Positions 1-11,249 of a stretch of 64,000 nucleotides of DNA are shown here, piece after piece. The translations under genes were made by a program, and so were the position numbers. Origin of the DNA: Yuukianura sp. NJ FZ-2021. Its lineage: Eukaryota. Location of the stretch: positions 10,354,001 to 10,418,000 of the forward strand of contig CM102290.1 in the NCBI GenBank assembly GCA_046563655.1. Direction: 5' to 3'. The notes below the pieces were generated by a model. It saw only the letters and a program-made list of their open reading frames with translations, had not been told where the DNA came from and made no database searches. How positions within the stretch are numbered: the first letter of the stretch is position 1; the number at the start of each line of letters is the position of its first letter.

Positions 1-1828
1 AGTTAACTCTGACGATAAGTTTCAAAAATTTCAACTCCAAATTGTGTCGAATGATGTTCGATTGAATTCAGTAAGATATCCACAATCTTTTGCTACAAAT
101 TCAAGTTCAATTTATAAAAATTCAAAAATGAAAATTAAGATACTGAGAGTTTTTTGAGAAAATCCTATAACTGCTGTCATGTTAAGTTCCTGTTGTTTTT
201 TCCGCAAAGCTTTGGGTAATTTTGAAAGTGAGGTTTTGTGATTTGTGAGTTGTGATTTTACGATTGTATTTTTATTATAGACACAATTCCCACCATCCTC
301 CTCTTCCACTGTGTCTTACTCTCTAGGTTAATTGAGAAAAAGCTCAATCAAGGTTCAAGTTTTTGGTAAAATTAAGAATTAAAATAATTAAAATTAAAAT
401 TAATCACGTTAAGAAGTAAAATTAAATAAAAAAATTAAATTAATTTGGCATTAATTAGAGGTTCGGTAGCCTTTTTTGGAAATCAGTTCGGAAAAAAGTA
501 ATGTTCAGATGAAAAAAAGCATTATTGATGCACAATTTTGCATTTTAAGAAAAACACTTAACTTTTCTTTTTACATTTTGGGCAAATTGAGAAACGAGAC
601 AGAGACAACCACACCTTGGTCGAAAGGAAGGCGTCTAGACCGTCACTGAAGTCTTTGTTTCAAACAGGTTTTTGTGCTCAGCGTCATAATTTCCAAAAAC
701 CCATTATTACACTTGTCATTTGATTTTGTTAGTCTAAGTTCATGATTTGGTTAGTTTTTAAGTCAAGTAAATATGGAAAGTTTGTTACGCATGCGTATGG
801 GTGCGGAATCTGGCATGAATTTGGATGACGACATGAAAGTGTTTGGTTGGGATGTTTATCACTGGGATATGTCAATAAATCAGAGTAATCGAGGATTAGT
901 GTCAGGAGTTGAGCAATGTAACCCCAGAATAGCCGTCGTGGCAATTGACTGGATCATACAGTACTATGTTATCTGGTCGTAAACAAGTGACGATCCAAGG
1001 CACTTGACTCCTTGCCCAAATATTGATGTGCCCTTGTCACTGACATTCACTCACCCAGCGACCGTCACGTAGTCCACACTTTCCTTTCCAGTGTCTCCTA
1101 TCTCATATCAAGTAACGCTTTGGAGCGACATCGAACCCGCGTCAAGCGACGCAGAAGCTAAAGCATGAGCAGACTGGTCTGAGGCTCCTACGAGGCAAAT
1201 AACTTGTGTTGGCGTCTGAACCTTGAAGCTGAATGTTAGAAATCAAGTAAGAGAGCGAATTCAGCGAAGCGTGACTTAAAGTGAGCCGTGACCTCGGCAG
1301 TTAAGTTGAAGAAATCAGGCTGTTCGGATTGAGCCGTTGAGGCGTGTGTACGTTCCGTTGATGAGTGTCCAGGTTGTGCGAGGAACCGTGTAATTAGTCT
1401 GGGTGAATTTCCATTGTTCAGACCCATTGTCAATCGGACCCTGTAAACAAAACACCAAAAATAGAAAATAACAATAAGGTTTTGGAACGGAGCCAAAGAA
1501 ACATTCACTCGACACTCTCCGACCAATTAACACTGTCTTGGTCCTCAAGTGTCATCCACTAAGAGATTCTTTTGTGTCATGTTACCAAAATTCTAGACGA
1601 ATTGAAACCAATTCCAAACATTTTTGTCTGAAACCCAAGGGTTTTCTACAGAACTTCCAACATTTTCGACCGAATTGTGAATGTTTTTGAACGAACTCTA
1701 AAAAGTTTCAACTGAATTGCAAGCATTTGGAAAGTTTATTTCAACGTTTTGGAGCGTAAAGAAAAGATTTCTGCGGAAAGTGGAACATTTTGAGAATGTC
1801 GCAAGTTGGAAACGACGCTTTGGGCAGA

Positions 1829-4158
1829 ATGAGCACGGTGGGCTGCCTTGTTCACATTGTAAATAGGATTTTTCTGTTCTGGAACGTCATTGTAGGTACG
1901 ATTAACCTTGGTATAACCTAACCTAACTTAAAGTTAAGTAGACGACACTTGACAAGGTGTTGATAGGATAGCATGACAAGTGACGTGTAAGTATTTCGAG
2001 TGTTTGTTGTTGAAATGTAAAGTGGCACTTAGCTTCATGTAATGTCAGTGAAGCTTTACAACAATTACGAATAAACGAAATAATTTTACGCTTTCAGCTC
2101 ACATCAAAAACGCTTTTCAGCAGACCTCGAAGGAATCGCCGGAAGCTTCTGCCGCCGGAGAACCTGCGAGGGAAAAAACACTGAAAGACGTACCAGGCCC
2201 CATACCTTGGCCTTTCTTCGGTACCACGCTGTCGCGCAGTGTAGGATCCTCTGACCTGCACAGATCAAATGAACGTAAATAGTCCAAACCGTGTTTCTGT
2301 TCGGAAAGTTTATTTTGTACCTATGCGTATGTGTGATTTTTTTTTCAGTTTTGGTGAAGGAGCATGGGACGATTGTAAAGCTGGAGCACTACTGGAACTA
2401 CCCATTGCTCATTCTGTACGATGCTGATGACATTGAGTTGGTTCAAAAAACTGCCAGCATCTATCGACCTGAAATGGAAATTGTCGCAAGTCATCGGCGT
2501 ACTCGTAAGGATCGCTATGACTCTGTCGGCATCGTCAACTCGTAACAAATCCTCTTAAATTTTTGCAAACATTTTCATTTCTGAAACTAAACATTTCCTA
2601 AACTGAAAAGTTTATTTTTTTGAAAAAAAACTTTTTACAGGCAAGGTGAAGAATGGAAGAAGTTTCGACAGAGTGTGTCAGCCATGAACCACCACTCACA
2701 CATTCTCAGCTACGTTTCCAGTTGCGACGAAATCATGACCGATTTTGTAGAACTCATTCGAAATACTGGCAGTACCCGTCTGGCCAACTTTGATGACCTC
2801 ATGCTTCGTCTCGCATTTGAAAGTAAGTGACTTTGAATTTTGCTTTGGCTGAAGCCAATGACCTTTGCTTTCGCTCGTTGGTCTTTGTTACTATTATCAT
2901 CTTTGGCCTATCTGCACAGACTCGTCCAAGTTCATTTTGAACAAGCGGCTTGATCTGCTTGACCCTGGGCGATCTGAGAAAATGGACGTGTTCCTGGCAG
3001 CATCTCACCAGTACTTCAAGGCTCTCCAAGTAAGCATGTATGGATTTCCCAAATGGAAGTACTTCCCCAGTTCCGTTTGGACGGAATTCGTCAAGTACGA
3101 GAACGAAATGTACGAGTGAGTGAGCCATATTGCATAAACATGCGTAAAATGCCCATAAGTGTCCATTGATCCACTGTAGCATCTTTGCAGAAGTCGTTGA
3201 GGAGGAACTGCAGAACGATTCGGCTGGAGGGCTCCTCAAAATTATTCTGGAGGCGGAAGCACTTTCACTTAAAGATCGGAAAACGCTTGTGCGTGACCTC
3301 ATCCTCGCAGCGATGGAACCGGTAATAATTCAATCACTTTAAAAAAAAGTTGTTGTTTTTAAATTTTGTAATTTCGGCAGATTCAAAATTCTACAATCAT
3401 CACTCTACACTGGATCAGTCGACATCCGAACGTTGAGCGGAGATTGGTGGCGGAATTGCGGGAGATTTTGCCTGAAAAAGATTCGAGATTTGATGAATCC
3501 TGTTTGCAAAAAGTGCCGTATTTGAAGGCTTGCATCCAGGAAGCGTTTCGTATCTCACCAACGACACCGAATCTCGCTCGCTTCATTGAAACCTCAACCA
3601 AAATCCAAAACTACAACATACCTCCACATGTAAATGCTAATTCAATTACTAGTTAAATAACTTACATTATTGTTAAACTCCAAGAAACTTTCCTCCTGTG
3701 ATTGATATTTCAGACGCTGATACTCTGTCAGCACTGGTACGCTTGTCTTCAAGACTCAAACTTCTATAAAGCAAAGGAATTTATTCCAGAACGGTGGATG
3801 GTGGAGAAGGAAGACTCGGTGGGGCCAGACGGAGCCACCAAAAGCCACCCGTTTCTGCCCCACCGCCCCAGACTGCTGTACCATTTTGGGTTTGGTAGGA
3901 GGGAGTGTCCTGGACGGCGCTTCGCCTTCCAGGAAATCTGTATCACTGTTGCCAAAGTAATTTGACTTTAATTGCAATTAATCATTGAATTATGATTAAT
4001 TTATAATATTAATATGTTAATCTAATTGATTTGACCTTTGACCTTAGCTTCTAAGGAACTTCCATATTGTCTTCCCAAACGACCTCAACCTCAACTACTA
4101 CTTTCTCCAGCAGCCGACTTTTCCGGTCCCAGTGGAGATTTACGAAAGGCCAGAATAG
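1829..4158 (+). CDS. Mitochondrial-clan cytochrome P450, CYP314 (shade / ecdysone 20-monooxygenase)-like, divergent; 9 exons, ~519 aa
   Basis: Exons 1829-1895, 2098-2274, 2349-2541, 2641-2822, 2920-3115, 3180-3321, 3381-3629, 3714-3956 and 4048-4158, all GT-AG, total 1560 nt in frame. Motifs: VPGPIPWPFFG, C-helix EEWKKFR, ExxR (QEAFR), PERW, heme FGFGRRECPG. The segments HYWNYP, HRRTRKDRYDSVGIVNSQGEEW and LILCQHWYACLQDSNF resemble CYP314A1. Exon 1 is the least certain. Confidence 0.88.
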
Positions 4159-6780
4159 AATTCACGGCTGACGTCCAGTTGGTCAACAACAAAAGTGGCC
4201 ACATCAAATGTGTCAACAGCAAACGTATCAACATTTTTATTATATGGTAAAAGAATCATCTTAACTTTTTATCCTTAATTAATAATTTGACGAGATTCTT
4301 GGGTTAGGTAACAGGAATTTCTTTGGTAGTATAGGAATGAGCAGTCCTTGTTGCTCGTGCATTTAAATCATCCAAAAATTAACTTTTCATTCATTAATCA
4401 TTAATGAATGAAATTATCTTAAATTGCAAAATTAATTAATTACAAGTTAGTAGTAACACTCTTGTAAAGTACAGTAGCTTATGAGGGGGTTGAGAGAATA
4501 TGATTTCTAAATTCTAACATATTTTCTGAAAATATTTTGACATTTTTGAATTTGACAATTTTGAAGTTGACATTTTTAATATTTAATAAACTCATATGTT
4601 GTTGACTAGAAATGAAGTGCGTTGGAGCAGGAGTAAATGCTTAATTGTCACATACAAAGTTGGAAAGTTAATTAAATCGACTTAACACGATTAGGAAATT
4701 GAGCAACGCAAACAATACATTAAATCTCCTTATCCCTTGTGGTCACAGCACTTCGGAATGAATATTTTTTGTAAAGTATACGAAAAACGCGTGCGTGCAT
4801 GAGTGCGTATGTAATTAGAACCATCACAAAATCACAAAAACCATAAATCACAAGTCAGTAAAACTAAGGTAGTTGACCTCTAACTGTGTAGAGGTCAACC
4901 GCAGTGTGCCCTTTGGTAACTCAACAGTAAATGCAAATTTGCCTTAATTAACTTGTAATTAAATTAAAGTAAGTTAACTTAATTAAACATTGTGTCCGCT
5001 TCACAAACTAGTTACTCATAGTAGCTTAATCCTTCGAGGGGGTCAATTTGACTTGTTGGTAGTTTGACCATTGACCGAAAAGTAAATTGAGCTTTTTGGT
5101 ATTGAAATTTTCGAAATAAAAATGAACCATTCTAATTGGAGGTAAGATGTCATTTTTGCGAAACGCGACTTATGGTCAACAAAAATTATAATTAAGTTAT
5201 CAAAATACACGCCGATGTGTTAAAGGTAGGTTACTTTTGTATTAGTTGCCCTTAATACAATTAGACGGCTTGTTTATAAATGTACTGCGTTTGTAGTTCT
5301 TGTTTACCTAACTTCTGCTTACCTAATTTTTTATTCTCTTATTTTGACTTTGCATCCACTGTTTTTAAAGAAATTTGCAAAATCCATACTAATCTAGTCT
5401 TTAAAATATTCAGTATGTAACTTTCACTCTTCCGAATAATTTCCGAATCTCCATTTTATATCTCCTCCAAGTTTGCAAACTTTTGTTAAAGAAAACTTTA
5501 ATTTCCTACAGATTGTGGACCTTCGTTCACCACTTGGCTCAAACGGAGAATAAATTTGAAAAAGACCGCTTTCTACCAACTGCTTTTTACAAAAGAAAGT
5601 TCCAGAAACTAAAACTTTCTTCTGTATCGCTCCTGTCCCAAATCAGATATTTGTCAACGTCTTTTTCTTCTCTAAGGCGAAAGTTTTGGGCGTTTAGAAC
5701 AAGTGTTTTCCTAAAGAGAAAACTTTTTTAAGACAAGTCAGAAAACAAAGAAGATCTGCAGACTGCACCAAGTTTCCAAATCAAGGAAATCCTCACTTTT
5801 CCTAAGACATTTTTATAGTTTTTTTCCCTCTTCGAGAAATCTTCAAAGGCATGAGACACTCGACCTGTAGCAAAAGCTAGAGGTCAAAATTCCAAAAAAA
5901 AAAACGCGAAAAATAGTGTGGGCGCAGCTTGGGAGAAAGTTGTGATTTAATTAAAGTGAAAGTTGAGTTATGGCTCCCATGACTCCAACCACATTCTCGC
6001 AGCAGCGGAAGGAAAACAAGCAAACCACAAATCCAGCAAGCCGAGAGGAGATGATGAGAAAGTGAAAAGTTGGTTTGCAAAAAAAGAAACGTTGTGAGAG
6101 AAGTGGAGCTCGTTTCGCCGCCTTTGGACAAAGACTTTCTATTCATTCTTTAGTACCACTCCGCACTCAGCACTTAGTAACTTGCAAAAATGTGTAAAAC
6201 GAAGTGGAGAGGGGAGTGATTAACGAAGAACAGCGTGGAGTAATTGAGAAAGTCATCCTTTGATGCTGAGATCAAAGCAAAGTAAAAGCTAAAGTCCAAT
6301 TGAAGTCACAAATCCCAACTTTCACATCTATCGTTGTAGGAACAGGCGTTTTAGATTACACAAAAACAACATGTCAGTACATCTATTCAGAGTTGTGCGC
6401 CTAATTCACAAAAGTATCAACACCAAAAACTTCAACAACAAAATGGGGAGATTTAGTTTCCCGCTCAAACAGGAGCTGAAGCAGTCTTGTATAGATTTTT
6501 TTTTTTAAATTCCTTCAGGATTTTTTCCCCGCGCTTAACTCCCTAATCTAAGCAAAAACTTTAAAGCAAAAATTTTTGCGCCGTTTAGCCCCATACCTTA
6601 ACTCTGACTTGATCTTGAACCGAATCCCGAATCGACGCTTGGCGAGCTAGTTCGGCATGCACACAGCGTTGTGGAGTTGCTAGCTAACATTTGTAAATAG
6701 AAAATGGACACCATTGCTTAGTAAATGATGATGAGATAATAGAAGCGTGTGTTTTAGTTAACCTCGGGTTGACAGGTTAA

Positions 6781-9700
6781 CTAACTTTTGCTTACAACTA
6801 ACGTCGTCGTGTTGAACCGATCGGCGTGGTTTCTCCATGACTTTTTAATACATACGTTGGGCCCTCTCCACCAATCGTTGAAGTCTCTGTACACTCTCTG
6901 TGGGTTGCCCTGTCGTTGGGCATAGTGGACCATTGCGCAGAGTCTGCAGAAGAAGTGCGTGTTGACGAACTCACCAGTGCCCTTCCATGCAAAGTATGAG
7001 TTGTATTCTTCGTCATCTGCGTCCAGTTTATGGAGGAACTGTGCCAGTTCTTTTGGAGAGGGGAAGTCGTCAACGTGAATATACGACTTGTGGGGGGCTG
7101 CTCTGAGGTAGTCGTCCGGGTGAGCCCCCATCACGATCGGCAAAACATCGTTGCTAAAACAAACACGAAAAATAATCAATTTACAAGTTGTAATTTGTAA
7201 CCAAACCCAATGTACACAATGTACATGATGTTCGACCTACACAGACGTCGAACATGTTGTTACACTTAATTGACATAGCATATGGCGTGGAATAGCTATG
7301 CCACGACTGTCAAATTGGCCAATGTATCACACCGTTGTAAATGTAAAACATACCGTATACGGTTACTGTTATGTATGTTACAAACACATGCACTGTACAC
7401 ATCCATGAAATATTTTAAATTCTAAGCTCAATACTTATACAGCTTAGCCCTAAAAATATGATCAAGAAGAATATCAAAGTGCCAAACATTTAAGAAGCAA
7501 AAAGTTCAGCAATCTAAGAATGAAAGCATCAAAATCGTAAGTAGGAAAAGCGATTATAGCGCGCTTTGGTACAAAGGCGTGAATACATGTACAGTGGGCA
7601 TGCATGTAAACAATCCTATGTCCTAGTGCTGACGTAGCTGAGATTTATGTTTACAGGAAATTTATTGGAGAAGAAAGGAATGCTAGTTGGGAAAATGTTG
7701 TAGAAGGCGGAGAAATTCCCGCCTTTAGCAGTTGGGCGTGGTATGGAGTCTCAACTTACCCCAGACCGTTGACAAAGAATTTCTCTGAGATGTAATCTCT
7801 GCAGTTGGAGTTTTCAAAGGCCAAGTAGAACTTGTACGTTTTCGACAAGAGGTCAAAGCACTGTTTAGCATTTGCACGGGAACAGGAGTGAGAGCCACAT
7901 GCTCCGTAGATGTCCACCTCAATGTACTTGCCCAGTTCACGCGCATACTCCAACCGATTGTTCTTCGCCACGCAGTTAGACACAAACCAAGCCACCTTCT
8001 TGGTCTTCCCTCGAGCGTAGTTCGTTTCTGTGCCAAACAAAAACTTTTTCTTTATTTTGAACACAAAAAACATTTCAAAAAAAGAAAACAGGCAAAACTC
8101 TGGTCTACTAAATGGTTCGTTTGAATTTGCTACAGTTGGAGCGGAAGTGTATTAGTCCATTGTGCTTAGCAGGATTTATGGCTTAGGGAACTTCCTTTGT
8201 TTACAATTCTCTCTTTCTCCCAATTCACAAACTTTCTCTGCCCACATCCCTCCAAACTTTGTCCAAACCTAACCCAACTAAAAAAAAGTTTCTGATTAAC
8301 CGCCAGTTTTTTAATTAAACTTTTCTCGTTTTTTGAAAAAGTAAAACTAAACAACACCAAAAAAAAGTCATCCTCTTCAAACTTTCTCAGAAGAGAGAAA
8401 ATTATACAGTCAGGAACTTAAGATTCCATGTTTTTCAGGACTACTTATTTCAATCTGTTATTTTTAAATCTCAAAATAGGTCAAAGGTCAACTTTTTGTT
8501 GAGATTAACCTGTCACCTGACAAATGCCTGGAAATGAGAGTTCATTTGAGCAGAAAGGAGGTGGATGAGACGTTGATTAATGGGGAAAGTGAGTTCATTA
8601 TAAACAAAAGAGAAAGAACAAAGGAAATGGACAATTCTATTACAACGTGGAGTAATCTACTCAACACGCAAACTTTTACCCATCTATACAAATTTCACTC
8701 AATTCCACCAGCTTTTCCAGTTCAAATTTTTCCTGCCCCTTGATCAACATATGCCTCTCAAATACTTTTGTAAACGTAGATACATTCCTCACGTTATCCA
8801 CTAACGTCAACGAATTGAACAAAAATTTGTTCCGCCTAGGGTAAAGCAAGGAACATTCCATTCACTGAACGATTTTTTTCAATTAATGTATGTTAAAATA
8901 TGAAAATTGTGATTGACCTTGAGGGAGTCCTTTGACGTTGGGATCATAGTAGACCCACTTCTCATACGGTGTGACGATGTCAGAGTCGTGTCGATATGTA
9001 GCAGTTAGGTTGAACACATTTTTGTCCAAGAAGCTCTGCGTGTTCAGCGGACACTCGAGCATGTACATCACCCACAGTTGATTTGGCGCTCTTTGCAACT
9101 TCGGGGTCATAAAAACGTCTTTGAATACCACTGCGTCTGCTTCAGGCATTTGAGAACGATTGCCCACAAGGCGACATGCGTTCACAGGACACTTCTGCTG
9201 CACAAACACATGACGACCTCCCAGCACATGAGCCCCCCAACTCAGTCCCAGCCCATAGTACAACAAAATCGTCTTCAATTCCCGGTCGCTGGAAGTGGGC
9301 GGGGCATTCGGAGTGTGGTTCAGATTTCGTCCACTTCCGAACATACGACTCAGTCCAAGTTTTGGAAAAAAGGACGAGGACGGCGGACGGACGTCGTCCG
9401 GCGTAACATACATCAGTTGCTCAACGATTCTGTCGGACGAGGGGTTCTCCTCGGACCAGAGTTTTGACGCAGACGTTTCTACAGTGGGAAAACGTGTACC
9501 CTGCCACATAAACCAGGGTTTGCTGCTCTTTGGAACAGTTATTGCTGCGGATCCAGCCGCAACGGAGTTCAGTTTATGCCGCACTTTAGACTGGGGAGAG
9601 TTCTCATCAGCGTCGAATGGGCCGGTGACGCTGCTTGGGTCCCTTGAGAAGTTAAGTCCACCCTCGGCCGATGTGGTGTCATGATCATGCCTCGCCTCGA

Positions 9701-9893
9701 CCTGCGTCAACGGTTTCTGAAGAATCAGGCGTTTAACCTCTTCATTGAAGTTGACAAAGAGGAGAATGCCGAAGAGCGAACCGCAGGCGTAGACAATCGC
9801 TGTGAGGCGCAGACGACGTAGGCGCCTATAAATGGATCCTCTCCAGGCTGACGGAGTTGTGACACGACTGAGATGGACGGTGGCACTTTTCAT
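6781..9893 (-). CDS. FucTA: Glycoprotein 3-alpha-L-fucosyltransferase A (GT10 core alpha-1,3-fucosyltransferase); 3 coding exons, ~538 aa
   Basis: Exons 9893-8918, 8027-7760 and 7153-6781 (1617 nt, in frame). Type II TM anchor (LTAIVYACGSLFGILLFVNF). GT10 motifs TATYRHDSD, VAWFVSNC, YKFYLAFENSNCRDYISEKF, IHVDDF, CRLC; WWRGPNVC resembles insect FucTA. Confidence 0.9.
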
Positions 9894-11236
9894 TTTGTTT
9901 GCTTACAAGTTGAGTTTTCAAAACTTTCGTTTTTCCTTTTTGAAAATTTTCACTTTGCTTTCACTTGATTTTCCATTTTTGTTGTTTCTTTTCAAAAAGT
10001 ACTTTTGCAAAATTTCCAGTGCTGACTTGTTTCCATACTCAGAAATTTAGTTCCTTCCGCGTTCATCTAACCTAAAATCAGGAATAAAATTGAAAAATTG
10101 TGAAAAGTTTAGACCAGCTTAGCCTTTTTTTCTGAATTGTTTGCACAAAAACCTAATGCCTTTGCGGCAACAAATGTGTAAATTATGGATGTCATTTGCT
10201 ATCCGTGACGTTTCTGAAGTTGGTAAATTTAGCTAAATTGGGATGGAAGTTTTAAGTGGGGTTGAGCGCATAATAAAGTGGTTTCGTGTCACTTTTAATT
10301 GGTGAGTTTGTTTTCCACCCTCAAACGGGGCCCTTGGGGTGGGGATTTCCTCCCTCAGTTTTGCTTTAGGTCGTTTTTCGCATCTCCTTCTAATGGGTGA
10401 GGTAATAACCTAACCTTGGACGCTGGAAGACGTCGTAAAGCGTGTCTGCGGTTGGATTTGAAGAAAGTTGTGGCTGAAACTTGAGTTATGGGTCACCGGG
10501 GAGTCATTTCTACTCAAACTGACCTCTCAGTGCCAGCAGTTTCTAGCATTCCAGCATAAGTTGACCTCCAGCGTCTGCTGACCCTACCTATATTTCATAA
10601 ATCACAACTGCCAACTCCTTCTCTGTTAATCCAACTCAACTCTGGACATAACCGAACCGTCGACTAACATAAATCCAATTTGAGTATGAGAAAGTCAAAA
10701 TCGGGCATCAGGTTAAGTAAGCCCGTTTTCCATTACCTCAGCAAATATTCCCTAAGCAGAATTGAACTCAACACAAAAACAAAAAACGTAGTGATGAAAG
10801 CAGAATTTTTATTACCGTTCTAAATTCAGGTCGGTTTGACATTTAATTCCTGATTACGCAATTATGGTGGTTGTGTTACTGCTCAGTCTATGTTAATTTT
10901 TTGCTTATGTAAGTATTGTGTTAGCTGCTTATGCATAGTAAATTTAAAATAAAATGACGAAGAATCACGGTTCCAAAAAACACAATGTGTACGTCTAGGT
11001 TTATGTAATATTCACTGCTGATGCCAATTCTGTTTAGGTAATTCTGCTTATGTGATGGTTCGTTTCGAGATGGAGACTGACACAGTGAAAAGTGAACTGT
11101 CGTGTGAGTCAGATCCAACTAACAGAAGTTGAGACTTGAGAGACACTTCAATTTACTGCCCACTTTCCCCATGAAAGTCCAACTGAACAAATTCACATTT
11201 TCCCTGACAAGAAAATTAGGTGATCCACAAATCACA

Positions 11237-11249
11237 AGGTCATTGACCC
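11237..11249. promoter_or_regulatory. Ecdysone response element-like IR1 palindrome AGGTCATTGACCC
   Basis: Exact match to RGKTCANTGAMCY, 5' of the FucTA coding region. One-mismatch copies at 13034-13046 (AGGTCATTGACTT) and 13163-13175 (GGGTCATTAACCT). Motif match only. Confidence 0.45.

Noticed and set aside
2799..9684. Antisense ORFs over the P450 and FucTA exons (e.g. 2799-3302, 9078-9467, 9295-9684)
   Set aside because: Shadow ORFs of real coding exons on the opposite strand.
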